DNA from: Mobula hypostoma
Taxonomy: Eukaryota
Length of the DNA: 64,000 bases
Assembly (NCBI RefSeq): GCF_963921235.1
Contig: NC_086097.1
Location: forward strand, 249,986,001 to 250,050,000
Direction of reading: 5' to 3'
The position numbers and the translations under genes were made by a program. The notes below the pieces were generated by a model. It was not told the DNA's origin, searched no databases, and saw only the letters and a program-made list of their open reading frames with translations. Below, one piece after another: positions 37,901 through 52,900 of this stretch. How positions within the stretch are numbered: the first letter of the stretch is position 1; each line of letters begins with the position of its first letter.

Positions 37901-40900
37901 CCAATTCTGACTTGCTGGGGTTAGTCTGTGAGAAAGTCTATGACCCATGAGCACAGGGAGGAACCAAGGCCAAGAGTGTTTAGTTTGCTGACCAGTTTAT
38001 GGGGGATGACTGTGTTAAATGCAGAACTGAAGCCCACAAGTAACATCCTCACATAAGTGTTCTGTTCCTCTAAGTGAGTCAGAGCAATATGGAGGGCTGT
38101 TGTGATTGCATCCTCTGTGGAGCGGTTTGCCTGGTAGGTAAACTGGTGTTTGTCCAGATCAGGTGGGATTATAGCCTTAATGTGTGAGAGCACGAGTCTC
38201 TCAAAGCACTTCATGGCTGTGGGTGTCAGCGCTACAGGGTGATAGTCATTCTAGTCATTCAGGCACTTCACAGCTGATTTTTTTGGGCACTGGGATGTTG
38301 GTGGAGGTTTTAAGGCATGTTGGAACAACAGCTTGTTGCAGTGAGAGGGTAAATATACTTGTAAACACCTCAGCAAGCTGGTCGGCACATGCTTTCAGTA
38401 CCCGGCCGGGCACTCCGTCTGGGCCAGCTGCCTTACTCGCATTCACTTTCCTCAGGGTGGGTCCCACCTGATGTTGCTTAAAGACCAGTGTGGACTCATC
38501 GTCAGGTGGGTTGATGAGTGGAGCAGCCTCCTCCCTCTGAGTATCAAAGCGGGCAAAGAACTGGTTTAGGACATCAGGCAGTGTGGCGTCATCATCTGGC
38601 AGCAGATTATTGGTCTTGTAGTCTGTCAGCGCCATGTAAAAATTTCCTGCTCAGAGCAACTATAAGAAAAAAAATTACAGGCACATTGGTTGGCATTCAC
38701 CTTAGATTAAGAATAGGAATACAACCTCACAGAAGCTTAAATGCTTCTTAATTCAGGGGAGTTGCAAGGGAATAAGACTATAAGACATTGAAGCAGAATT
38801 TGGCCATTTGGCCTATTGAGGCTGCTTCGGCATTTGATCATGGAGTGGTGGAGGCAAAACATGTAATTGTTGCTCTAACTACCTACTTAAGTGCATTTAA
38901 TTACCCTGTTGCATTTTTGAGAAGACCTGGAAATCCTTGAGCAGGACAACGATGACGACTCAGGCCTTGGGGGCCGGCGTCGGGCACGATGATGTACTCT
39001 CCACTCTCTCCACTTCTCCCTCTCCCTCATCGGTGTGTTCAGTTCATCTACATTAGCCGCGCCGCTGTCTTCTAGGAGTGTGTTGACCATAGTCTTGGGA
39101 GGGCGCCCAGGGTTCATCCTCCCGTGCTTGGGCTCCTATATGATGACTAGGCTGGCAGGTAGCTCGGGGTGGTGTAGACGGTGCCCCGCTAGTTGCAGTC
39201 TTCTCACCTCGATTTTAGTGGTGAGCATCGGTAGGTTATTACAGAGTTCGATGTTCGTCATATGCTGTTGCCAACTCACATCAAGAGCCATCCGGAGCAT
39301 TTGTGGATAGCAACCATCTAGAGACTTTTGCATAGTCTTGGTGAGTGTCCACGTCTTGCATCCGTACGTGAGAATGGACTCTTTGACTGCTATGAAAATC
39401 CTCTTTTTAAGCCCTCTGGTCAGGTTCGACTTCCAGATTTCCTTCATGTCTTTCATAGCCCTCCATGCCAGCACCTTCCGTATCTTTATGTCCTTCTCCG
39501 AACTCATCATTCTTGACCCGAGGTACTTGTAATCAAAGACTTTTTTGATGGTATCATTCTGTACGATCTTGAGAGTACCTTCGTCACAGTTAAATGCCAT
39601 GTGCTCTGTCTTTTTAGCGTTCAGGTGAAGTCCAACTTTATTGCACTCAATTTCCACTTTTGTCAGTAGCTGCTGTGCTTCCTCCATCTGGTCAGAGAGC
39701 AGGACTATGTCATCTGCAAAATCAAGATCTGTGAGCATAACTGGAACTCTTTTTGGTTCGGCCTGGTTTTATGGTAAAACCAAGCTTGTCATGATCTTTG
39801 GTCGCTTGATGTAGAGCGTAATCAAGGATGATTATAAAGATGTAGGGTGCCAGAGTGTCTCCTTGCAGCACACCAGCTAGGAGCTCGAACACTTTAGAGA
39901 CTTCCGCCATGGTCTTGGTATAGCTCAACTCTATTGCTCTCAGTAGATGGTCTGGCACTCCGAAAGCTTTCAGGATTTTCAGCATTTTACCTCAGTGAAT
40001 GGAGTCAAAAGCTTTGCGATAATCGATGTAAGTAAGCACGGCTGGTAGGTTGTTCTTCTTGACTTCCTCGATCATCCTATGCAGAGCAAGTATTTGCATT
40101 ACTGTTTTGCGCTTCTGATAAAAACCATTCTGATTGAATTTTAGCTTAGGGTCAATAGATGGCAAAGGATGACAACAGGTGAACTCATCATGTCATTTCC
40201 ATCATACCAGTTAGTGGTTGTGTATATCAACATGATGACAAGGGCCACACTTGAAAAGTAATTGCACGCTGGGTCATTTTTAAATTGTGAATGGCATTAT
40301 ATATTTTCAAATTCCATCATTAAGTTTTCACAATAAAGTTAGGATCCACAAAATTTAAAAGTATTATTAGGGAAATGTTCAATATAATATATTGAATTCT
40401 AAAATTTTCTAGACAATTTAGTTTGCATTATGACAAATAAACCTCTGATGTCTCATTCAAACTAATTTTTTGTGAAGTTGTTAATCTACAAGTTTATTCA
40501 AGAACTACTTGGGTATGTAAACAGTGTTCAAGAAACATAGAACTCTGAAATACTTTATCCACTGATAAGGATGATAAGAGATAAGTTTTATGAGCAATCA
40601 GTATATATTTCTATATTTATTTCAATTACTTGCAAAATCATTGAGAAGATTAAAACTAATGTCATTGTCACTGTATTGCATGTTTTCATATTTCATTTTA
40701 AATTTAGTCTCTCACTTGATAGTTTCATCAAAATCTGTGAATGTTCTCCTTACCCTTCTCTTCTCACATAATTTGATTTCATCCACCATTACTGGCAGTG
40801 AAGGTAGAATCCAAGTTGATTTGGACAGATCTGCAATTAGAGCATGTCAGCAGCAAGGTAGCATAAAGGTTAGCATAACGCTTTACAGTCCCAGCGATTG

Positions 40901-43900
40901 GGGTTCAATTCCTTTCACTGTCTGTAAGGAGATGGTATGTTCTCCCCATGACCACGTGGGTTTCCTCTGGGTGCTCCGATTTCCTTTCATCTACCAAAGA
41001 CATACGGATTAGTAAGGGTTAATAAGTTGTGGGCATGCTATGTTGTTGGCACAAGCTTGGCAACTCTAACGGACTGCCCCTACCCAGCATATTTAGACTG
41101 TTGGTTGTTGATGCAAATGACGCGTTTCACTCTGTTTTGATGTACCTGTGACAAATAAAGCTCTTTCTTAATCTTTTCCCCCGGGATCAATAAAGTATGA
41201 CTATGACTTTAAAATCTTTAAAAGGGCTGGCATAATTGACTCTGAAACCTTATCTAGTTTCTGATGCCTACCTCTGCTTAGTAATATTTAAACAATAAGG
41301 TCTCTGTGTAGACAGTTCACAGACGAACAGTTATGTTCTGTCACCCAGAGATATGTGCTGAAGTTTCAATGTGCTATATTGTTAATCCCTGCAAGTGCAC
41401 AATATTTTGTGTTGCATATTAATCTTTGCCATGAATGATCACTTTTTTTTAGTAGCAGACACATCTCTCAGCTGGATATTTTTAAATTTTTGTGATACTA
41501 ACTCATCTAAATAGTCAGGAAAAATCTTCCATTTTCTAGGACCTGCAATACTTAGCAAGGATGAGCAACGCACACAAAATGCTGAGGGAACTCAGCAGGC
41601 TAGGCAGCATTTATGGAAAAGAGTACAGTTGGCATTTCGGGCCAAAACCCTTCAGCAGGAGTCGATTGTACTCTTTACCATAGCTGTTACCTGGCCTGCT
41701 GAGTTCCTCCAGCATTTTGTGTGTGTTGCTCGAATTTCCAACCTCTGCAGATTTTCTCAGTTAGCAAAGATGACATTTTTTTGCATTGTTACCGTTTCAA
41801 AGCTAAATAGAAAAATAATGTGGCCTCTTCATGTTAATCCTCTCACAATTTTGAATCTCTGGTAACTTCAGGAATGGTTTCCCTCTAATAACAAAGAGGT
41901 TCAATACCAATTTTAAAATCATGTAAATAATCTTTGAATGGTTGTTATGTTTGAGGACTTTCTGTAATTAACTGTAATTATATTTTGGCAATAGATGAAA
42001 GAGGAAGAATTTTCCAGAGAGCGTATGTCTTAATTAGATCGAATAATCTGGGAAACTTGCGTTGTTTGAAAAGTGTAAAGGATATTCAATACTCATTTGG
42101 TTAACTGAATGCTGCAAAGACAATTTGTAATTAAGTGAATGTGTTTTATTCTGTATTAAGAATGAAAATGACATGAGGCAATAATTTATAGATTGGCTGT
42201 AATTTGGCCTGGCTTGTAATTTGTTTGAATTTAGAATCATTTATGAAGTTTGCTGTGTGCTGATTCAAGTCAAGGATTCCGCACATCAGCTGTTTATGCC
42301 TCTCCACAAATGCAATTTTGTGCTTTTTGCACAAAATTCCAGCATCTGCAGAATTTCATGTGTTTAAGTACAAATCTTGGCTTCTAAAGCAAGTTATATT
42401 TTCATTGCACCAGCTAGAAGCTACAAGTGTCTATGGCTCACATTGTGAATCTAGTTATTTCTGGAGTGTGACTTAATAGCTGTATCTTTCATAGTCCATT
42501 TTAATTGAACTTGAAAAATTGCATTTGTGAACACATTTCCTGTGGTGATTTTCCACAAAATTGTGAAGATACTTAGTTTTTCTTTTTACTCTCTGTTACG
42601 AATGAAGAATGAAGTGAAAACAATGATTTTCCTGCCTTGGTTTAAATTCATTCTTTTGAATACCATCTTTTCATCTTTGTCTTTGTAGGTCTGATGAATG
42701 GGTGTTGAAAGGAATATCTGGATACATTTATGGCCTCTGGATGAAAAAAACATTTGGTGTTAATGAGTACAGACACTGGATTAAAGAGGTAGCACAAACT
42801 AAATTTCACTGTTAAATAGTACAAGGTTTATTTTCAGTAAGGCAGTTGACTGGTATAGTTGATCTAAGTGAACTAGAAATAGGATGACATTTTTAAAGGG
42901 ACCTCCAGCAGTTAATGTACCTTACAGGAAAGTGGAGGGCATTGTGGGAGGGAAGGGTGAGCTTCGAATAGGCTGAAAGGTCAGCACAAGGTTGTGGGCT
43001 GAAGGGCCTGTACTGTGGTGTACTGTTTAATGTTCTATGAAACGAAGTGCAGTTAAACAATGTCTCTGAAAATTATAATGTGCTGAGCTCCAGAATGAAA
43101 CTAAAATAAATCTTGTTAATAAAAGGATGATATTTCCAGCTACATACAATAAGTTACAGGTTCTTATATAATACCAATTGCATGTAAACTAATTCCAAGC
43201 TATGGAAATAGTGCTGTCGCTGGGTTCCATCGACAGTGGATGTTAATGAATCATCTGTATTTGTCAGGGCTTAACATGTCATTAAATGTACAGCCTATAT
43301 TAAGACCTAACAGAAATCAAGTTGGTTCTTTTTATATGTTAAAAGCAGTAAAAATTGGTGAGTGAGAGTGCTACGCAGATCCTGAAGTCTGATACGTCAA
43401 TAAATAATGTCGTGGCTGATCTCATAAGATTGTTTGTCTAATCTCAATATCTCTTGATTCCCTTGGCATCCAAGAACTATTGTTATATTCTTTTCTGAGA
43501 CTGATTTCTAGAAGTAGATATTCTAGCCGGGGGAGAGGGGCTCTGAGTATGTGTGTCATGAAGTTGTTTCATGTTCTTCCTGACAGTTTAGAATACAGAC
43601 CCATTCTTTCCAAGACATCTTCTGAGGATAATTCTTATTTGGGGATTCATTCAAATTAGGGACATGATCAAAATCATAGCAAAAATCCTAAATTTTCAGG
43701 AGGATCATAAAGGAGTAAAATTTTGTGGAGGATTGTGGAGGTAATTTCACATATCATGTTCTCAGTGACTGAATAGCTTTGCTTTCAGTTGTATGTTACC
43801 CAATAAGCTAATCTCCAATCTCTTAGACCTACTATTTCGCATGCCCCTCTGCTCTGCCTTGACTTCTTGACGAATGCGGTTGGCAAATCAGTAAGGATAT

Positions 43901-46900
43901 GCAGCAGGACCTTCGCCACAACTGTCCTCAACACAGCTGCCCCGCAAGGCTGTGGCTTCGGCCCCTTCCTTTACTCCCTATGCTTTCACAACTATGTTGT
44001 CATGTTCTGCTCATATTCCATTTACAAGTTTGTAGATGACACTACTGTAATGGGCTTGATCTCAAACAATGGCAAGATGGAGTGCAAGGAGGAGATAGAG
44101 AGCCTAGTGGTAAGGTGTTATGGCAATAACCTGCCCTCATTGTCAACAAAACAAAAGAGCTGGTCATTAATTTCATAAAGTGGAGCAGAATATGCAACCC
44201 TGTCAGTGGTTGAGAGTTTCAAGTTCCTGGGTTTAAATATCATTAACATGTTTTGGTCCAGCCACATCGATGCTATGGCCACGAAGGTGCACTACCAGCT
44301 CTACTTCCTCTGGTCTAAGGAAATGTGACATATCCACAGTGACCCTCACCAACTTTTGTTGATGCACCATAGCAAGCATCCTATCCAGATGCACCACAAC
44401 TTGTTATGGCAACTGCTCTGACCAAGACTGAAAAAAACTGCAGAGTTGTAAATACAGCCCAATAAATTATGCCCTCTTCCATTGACTCTGTCTACACTTT
44501 CCACAGCCAACATCATTGAGGCTTCTTCCCATTCTAGTCATTCGCGCTCTCTCCCCATGAGCCAGAAGGTTTAAAAAAAAGTTTGAGCTTGAGCTTCCAG
44601 AAGGTGTTCGATAAGGTGCTGCAGAAAAGACATTTCCATAAGACAAGGATGCATGGAGGGAGGTGATGTATTAGCATGGATAGAGGATTGGTTAACTAAT
44701 AGAAAGCAGAGATTTGGGACACATGGATGTTATTCTGGTTGGCAATCAGTGGTGAGTGGTGTGCCGCAGGGGTTGGTGCTGGGCCCACAGCTCTTCACAA
44801 TATATATTAACATTCTGGATGAGGGGTCTGAGCGTAATGTATTTAATTTTGCTGATGATACTAAATTGAGTGTAAAAGCAAATTGTTCAGAAGATACGGA
44901 GAATCTGCAGAGAGATATAGATAGGTTAAGTGAGTGGCCAAGGGTCTGGCAGATGGAATACAATGTTGGCAAAGGCGAAGTCATCCACTGTAGAAGGAAA
45001 AATGAAAAAGCAGATTATTATTTAAATAGTAAAAGGTTGCAGCATGCTGGTGTGCAGAGGGACTTGGGAATGCTTGTTCATGAATCACAAAAGATTGGTT
45101 TGCAGGTGCAGCAGGCTATCAAGAAGGCAAACGGAATGTTGGCCTTCATTGCTGGAGGGTTTGAATTTAAGAGCAAGGAGGCCATGCTGCAACTGTTCAG
45201 GGTACTGGTGAGGCTACGCCTGGAGTACTGCGTGCCGTTCTGGTCTCCTTACTTGAAGAAGAATATACTGGTTTGGAGGTGGTGCAGAGGAGGTTCACCA
45301 GGTTGATTCCAGAGATGAGGAGGTTAGAATATGAGGAGAGATTGAGCTGCCTGGGACTGTACTTGCTGGAATTCAGAAGAATGAGAGGAGATCTTACTGA
45401 AACGTGTAAAATTATGAAAGGGATAGTTAAGATCAAGGTAGAAAAGTTGTTTCCACTGGTAGGTGAAACTAGAACTAGGGGACATAGCCTCAAGATTTGG
45501 GGGAAGAGGTTTAGGATGGAGATGAGGAGGAACTGCTTTTCCCAGAGTGTGGTGAATCTGTGGAATTCCCTGACCAATGAAGCAGTGGAAGCTACCTCAG
45601 TAAATATATTTAAGACAAAGTTGGATAGATTTTTGCACAGTAGGGGAATTAAGGGTTATGGGGAAAAGGCAGGTAGGTGGAGATGACTCCATGGCCAGAT
45701 CAGCCATGATCTTATTGAATGGTGGAGCAGACTCGATAGATCAGATGGCCGACTCCTGCTCCTATTTCTTATGAGAACACGTACCACTAGGCTCAAGGCC
45801 ATCTTCTATCCAGCTGCTATAAGACTCTTAAATGGGCCTCTAGAGATCTGGTTGATAATGTGGTCAACTGAATCATCAATTTGCAGATGACACCAAGATT
45901 TGGGGTGTACTGGACAATGACAAAGACTGTCAGAGCTTGCAGCGGGATCTGGGCCGGCTGGAAAAATGGGTTGAGAAATGGCAGATGGAATCTAATGCAG
46001 ACAAGTGTGAGGTGTTGCACTTAGGACCTACCAAGGTAGGTCTTACATGATGAACTGTAAAACACTGAGGAGTGCAGTAGAACAAATGGATCTCAGAATA
46101 CTGGTACATGATTCATTTAAAGTGGTGTCATAGGTAGACAGGGTTGTAAAGAAAGCTTTTGGCACATTGGCCTTCATAAATCAAAGTACTGAGTACAGGA
46201 GGTGAGATGTTATGTTAGAAGTTGTACAAGATGTTGGTGAGGCCTAATTTGGCATATTGTGTGCAGTTTTGGTCACCTACCTATTGGAAAGATATAATTA
46301 AGGTTGAAAGAGCACAAATAAAATTTACAAGGATGTTGCCAGGACTGGAGGACCTGAGTTATAAGGAAAGATTTAATTGGTTAGGACTTTATTCCTTGGA
46401 ACATAGGAGATTGAGGGGATATTTGAGAAGGATATACAAAATTATGAGGGGTATAAATAGTGTAAATGAAAGTAGGTTTTTTCCACTGAGCTTGGATGGG
46501 TCTGTAACCAGAGGTCATGTGTTAAGGTTAAAAATTGAAAAGTTTAAGGGGAACATAAGGAGAAACTTCTTCATTCAGAGGGTCATGAAAGTGTGGAATG
46601 AGCTGCCAGCACAAGTGGTGCAGGCGAGCTCGATTTCAACATTTAAGAGAAGTTTGGATAGGTACATGGATGGTTGAGGTATGGAGGACTTTGGTCCAGG
46701 TGCAGGTCAATGTGGGTAGATATTTTAAATGGTTTGGTACAGACTAGATGGATTGAAGGGCCTGTTTCTGTCCTCTATTTTTCTATGGCTCTAAAGATGA
46801 ACTTGTGATCTCTTAATCTGCCTTATCTGTCTATCTGCTTGGCACTTTATCTGTAACTGCAACCATCCTACTACAGGAAGGATGTGGAAACCATAGGGTG

Positions 46901-49900
46901 CAGAGGAGATTTACAAGGATGTTGCCTGGATTGGGGAGCATGCCTTATGAGAATAGGTTGAGTGAACTCGGCCTTTTTTCCTTGGAGCGATGGAGGATGA
47001 GAGGTGACCTGACAGAGGTGCAGGGCTGAAATGGCTAGCACAAGAGGGTACAGTAAACCAGAATTGGAATACAGAAGTAATAAATCGTAAGACTGAAGAA
47101 AGCTGTAGAAAAAGGAAGGGCCGAGGGCTGTGTCCATGGAAAGATACGCAAAACGATTACTTTTAAATTGGAATGTTTCATTTTCCATCTGGCACAGTTT
47201 GCATTTTGGTGTTTGATTGTTGGGGTTTTTTTGTATTGCTGTATTTACGCTCTATTCTTGGTTGGTGCGACTGTAACGAAATCAAATTTCCCTCGGGATT
47301 AATAAAGTATATCTTTCTATCTATCTATCTATTCTCAGTCGGGAACTAGTGTGGGTTAGAGGTGGTGAATGGCAATTGGTCTGTTAGAAAATAGCACCAT
47401 AGTTTTGTATAGGGAAGAGGAAGATTCATTAAAGGAGCAGTGGTATAATCAGATGTAAAAATGTGAATGAAACTTACTCAAAATCGTTCATTTGATTAAT
47501 ACAATGTGGTAAAATATTTCAACTTTGTAGGAACTGGACAAAATTGTGGACTACGAATTGAAAACTGGTGGTGTTTTGTTGCATCCAACATTTACTGGGG
47601 TGAAAGAGAAAGAAACGTAAGTAATCCTTTACTTGTCATTGACTGATATGAAAAGTTACATTTCCTCTCAAATAGGCAAGACCTGTTCAATATAAGGCCT
47701 TTAATTGTGTGTGTTCATCCTTTGTACTGCATCTACTGTATAATTGATTGTTATGTTCAGGAATCCAACTAAAGATATTGATTGCCATAGCTAGATAATT
47801 TTGTAGAGTTTATAACTTTTTAGTCAATTTGTTCTGTCTTATCATTTGGTGGTATTTATTATTGATGAAAATGTACAAAACATATTTTATGTTGCTAATT
47901 TAATTTTCTTCAGAGCATTTAAACAATCCATTCCCTGGCATCAATTTATTACACTTTTAAAATTCAGGCACTAAATTCAAACTATCACATTCTTTGGTAA
48001 TGGTGCAGCCATTTTCACCACTGCCTTACAGCACCAGAGATACAGGTTCAATGATCTTCGGTCTGAAATATTCATACTGTCTTTCCATGGATGCTGCCTC
48101 ACTCTGCTGAATATTTTCAACATTGTCTTTTTTTTTTCAGTTTTCCAGAACTTGCTGTATTTTTCATCCAATTATTGTGTTATTTCCCTATATCCATATG
48201 GTTGCAATCTCATTTTTTTAAATGTATGCAGTGAAATTCCTACCTTTCCTATTTCACACCTCCTGGTGTTCTCAGTCAAATTGAGTTCAAACCTCTCTCA
48301 TGACAGCCTCTAGTCACTTGATCTCAATTAAGGATGAGGATGAGTTCCCGGGAATTGAACTAGCATTAAAAGGGGTCATGGTGGTATTAAACAGAGATAC
48401 CTTACTCACCATGTAGTTTTACATAGGAACACGAACCCTTGCCTTCCTGAACCAAATGCACAGTATTTGGTTAAAGGCTCAGCCTTGTGTTTGTGCATCT
48501 ACAGAAACCAAATGGTTAATGATCTCATGCTGCATTGCTCATTACGTAGCGATCCAGTGAGGCAATGTGATACAGCTCATGCTGGGTGGGCTGGCCAGGC
48601 AGCGGTGAGTATGGATATTGCTGGGGGCTGTCAATTCCCACATGCCTAGCAAGACTAGTACGGCAGGCTATAGTGTTCAGGTGATCTGTTAAGTTAAGGC
48701 ATAACCACTGAAGTCTCTATCAGCTGAGGGCACCCCTGAATTTTGCATCTTAGTATGAATAGCCTTATTGCTTGCCCAAGCCTCGTTATTAGACATTACA
48801 CACTTTACAGGTGTTTCACTCCATAATACGGTAATCATTTCCGTGCTGTAAGCAAGCCAGGTTTGTAGCACGCAGCATAAATGGATGCCTGTTTAAGATT
48901 CAGGATTGCTTAATGCCCTTTCCTGTACTCAAATGTAGGGAAAAAATTGTTAACTTGGATCTGATGTACCCAATAACAATAAAATACACAATAAATATAC
49001 ATACATAAGATAGATTATTGATTATATGACAGAAGGTTGTCCTGTAGGTGGAGGAGGAGAGGAGGGAGGGGAGCGAACGTCGACTCAGACCATGAGAGGC
49101 CTGCGTCGGGCATTTTCATGCCTTACAAGGCTCAGATTGGAAGTCTGTGTGGGGCGCCACTCCTTGCACAGACTCGAGCAATGTGTGATTAAGTGCCTTG
49201 CTCAAGGACACAAACACGCTGCCACAGCTGAGGCTCGAACTAGTGACCTTCAGATCACTAGACGAACACCTTAACCGCTTGGCCACGTCCCCAACACAAC
49301 TGAGGTGTTAGGTAGACACAACTTAGGTGACTGACAGGAAAAAAACAAGAGTAGTGGTGGAGTTAGTGGGTAGAGGTGTTGATCAGCCTTACTGCTTGGG
49401 GAAAGTAACTGTTTTTGAATTGATGGTGCTGGCGTGGATGCTATGTAGCCTCCTTCCTGATGAGAGTGACACAAACAGTCCATGAGCCAGGTGTGTGGGA
49501 TCATTGATGATATTACTGGCCCGTTTCCAGCACCTTTCTATATATATGTCCTTGATAATAGGTAGGCTGGTACTGGTGCCGTGTTGGACAGTTTTGACTA
49601 CCCATTGTAAAGCCTTCCTGTCTGCTGTAGTGTAGTTTCCATACCAAGCAGTTATGTGGCTTGTCAGGTCTCTCTATACTGCATTCGTGTAGAATGATGT
49701 GAGTAAGGATGTGCAAAATCCAGTTGTCTTCAGCCTCCTCGGAAAGAAGGGTTGGTGAGCTTTCTTGATTGTGCAGAATGTGTTCTGGGACCATGTGAGG
49801 TTGTAAAGATATGCTCTCCCAAGAGTTTGAAACTGCTCGCAGTTTACATTGCTGTGCCACTGATGTAAACGGGGATATGAGTGCTGTGAGTTCCACTGCA

Positions 49901-52900
49901 GTCAATAACCATCTCCTTTGTAGTGAATGAAATCAGCACTTTGCAGGGTGTGTTAAGGGAGTACTTGTTTGATAGAATTTTTATTCATCTCCTTTGGTGT
50001 GGACCAATTGATTATTTAGATGTTTGAAATTTATTTTGTATTTGAAGTGCTACTATATCATGAATAATCAAATTTGAAATTTACAAGGACAATGAAAACT
50101 GGTCAGTATTTGTTTGCATTAGTTAAATCAGCATTAAATCTTACCACAGTTTGACTTCAGTTTTTTTGAAATCCTTGCAGGCCAGCACCGCACCTGCATT
50201 TTTCAATTCGGCATCCACATACTTTGTCCTGGAATTACTACAAGATGTTCCAGTGCAAAGCTCACCTTGTGATGCGGCTCATTGAAAACAGGATTAGCAT
50301 GGAATTCATGCTTCAGGTTTGTGGGAGAATTAATTCATTTCTATATTTGGGGCGTTGTTTCCTGAAGAATGAGCAAATTTATTTTATTTTTTTTCCTTTT
50401 CACTTGCCTTCTTGGATTCTCTCCATTTGCATACCAAAAGTTTAAGCCTAGACCTCACTAAGTGGTAAAATGATCGCACAGGCTGTTGGTAAGAGTTAGC
50501 ACAATTGACTCAGGAATTTCAGTGACGTGCAATTCACTGATTCTAGTGTTAGCTATTTTTAGACATCAGTTTGGGCGCCTCGGTAGCAAACCGTACATCT
50601 TTGGAATGTGGGAGGAAACTAGAGCACCCTGAGGAAATCTACGTGGAAACAGGGAGACATCTAAACTCCTTACAGACAGCGACAGGAATTGTCAGCACTA
50701 TTCGCGTTACACTGACTGCTACTGTGTCGCTTTGTGTTTTTTACCCTCTTGTGGCCTGTTTTGTCTGACTCAGCTGACAAGTTTAGCCTTCCAAATCTTG
50801 GGATTTTCACAATTGACGATGTATCCACAGAAGTCCATTTACTAGTAATATCAAGGCCATTAATTCTAGTACAGCATAATTAAGGAAGATGTGAAGGACT
50901 TTTAGTCTATCAATATTGCTCAACCATTCATTTATCATCTTTTTAAGCCCATCGCCCCTTCTGGCGCATAGGCAACCGACAGCAGCTTCCTAGAGTCTTC
51001 TGTCCTGGGCAGTCTTTCAGTTGTTCACGGTGCAGCCCATCAAAGATCCTTCCTCTCCCAGAGATGAGGTCTTTGGAACTTCTGTTGGCATTTCTGTAGT
51101 GCTGGGTTTTTTAACAGAATGGGATTGCTCGCCCCGTGCCCAAGATTCCTCCTTTTGTAGCCACACTTGGGACCGTCCATGGCGGAGTTCTATTTATTTG
51201 TACCATAGTGTCATAGAAAAGTACAGCGCAGAAAAAGGCCCTTCGGCCTGTCTTGTCCATACCAAAACCATTTCAACTGCCTACTCCCATTGACCTGCAC
51301 TGTGACCAGACCCCTCTAGGCCCCTACCATATACTGTATGTACCTATCCAAACTTTGCTTAAACACAGATTGAGCTCGCATGCAGCACTTGTGCTGATAT
51401 CTCATTCCTCACTGTCACGACCCTCTGAGTGAAGACGTTTCCCCTCATGTTCCCCTTAAACTTTTCACCTTTCACCATTAACCCATGAGCTCTGGTTGTA
51501 GTCCCACCCAACCAAAATGCCTGCTTGCATTTACCCTATCTGTACCCCTCATAATACTGTATACCTCTATCAAATCTTCTCTCAATCTTTTATGCTCTAA
51601 GCTATATAGTCCAAACCTATTCAATCTTTCTTTATAACTCAGACCCTCCAGAACTGGCAACACCCTTGTAAATTTTATTTGTACTCTTTCAAACTTATTT
51701 ACATCTTTCCTGTAGGTAGCTGACCAAAACTGCATACATACTCTAAATGATACTCACCAATACCTCATACAACTTCAACATAACATCCCTTTGCCCTTCC
51801 CTTTGTTGCCTGCTTTACCCTTACTTGGAGGAGTTGACAAAGCCACAGAAATTTTGGAAAAATTTGGGTACTATCAGCATCCTTTTCCCCCAGGGAAAGT
51901 TGTCAGAAGACTTTATGGCCTTAGAATTGCACCTTCAGATACTTAAAACATTACACTAATGCTCTCCCCTTCACTACTTTGGTTCTTAACTAAATAAAGA
52001 GTTTTGCTGCAGAACATAATCCATTTATTTACTGATATTCCATTGGAGTAATGTAAGGCTCTGCTTTTAATTCCTTACCGTAGAAACCACTGTTAGAATA
52101 AGTGAACTGTGGGCATTCATCAACTATACCTTGTCGCTTCCAAGTACTATAAACTTTGTAGCTGCAAAACGGTGAATTGCTATCCAATAAAGTTTGTTCA
52201 CCTCTTTAGGTCTTCAACAAGCTGTTGAGTTTGGCCAGCACTGCTTCTTCACAGAAGTTCCAATCACATATGTGGAGCCAGATGCTGCTTTCAACGACTG
52301 GATTTTTAAAATCAATTTCAAATGTGTCTGGAAAAGATATCCAACCTCTAATAAAGCAATGGGTGTATCCTTTGAGTTTTTTATTACTTCTGAAAGTTCG
52401 ATCATTTATAATGATTGATTGCTCCTTAATGTTATTCTTTCAAATGCGAATCATCCCATTGTGACAAATCTACCTCAAAATGTACGCATATTTCATGTTT
52501 CTTCCTCAACTTTCAAGAGTTTAGAAGAATGAGGGGGGTATATAATTGAAACCTATCGAATATTGAAAGGCCTAGATAGACTGGACATGGTGAGGATGTT
52601 CCCTATAATGGGAGAGATTAGGACCATAGGGTACACCCTCAGAATGGAAGGATGTCCCTTTAGTACAGGGATGAGGAGGAATTGCTTAGCCAGAGAATGG
52701 TGATTCTGTAGAAATGATTACCCCAGATGGCCATGGAGTTCAAGTTGTTAGGTATATTTAAAGTGAGGGTTGATTAGAAAGCGTGTCAAAGGTTACGGGG
52801 AGAAGGCAGGAGAATGGGGTTGAGAGATGTAGTGGTTACTTGAAAACTAACCAAAACCACTCAGAGTCTAAGCACAGGGAGTTAGCACTGTGTGATGCAC

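Noticed and set aside
49205..49297. tRNA gene
   Set aside because: A and B boxes are present but I see no convincing cloverleaf; it continues into a SINE body.
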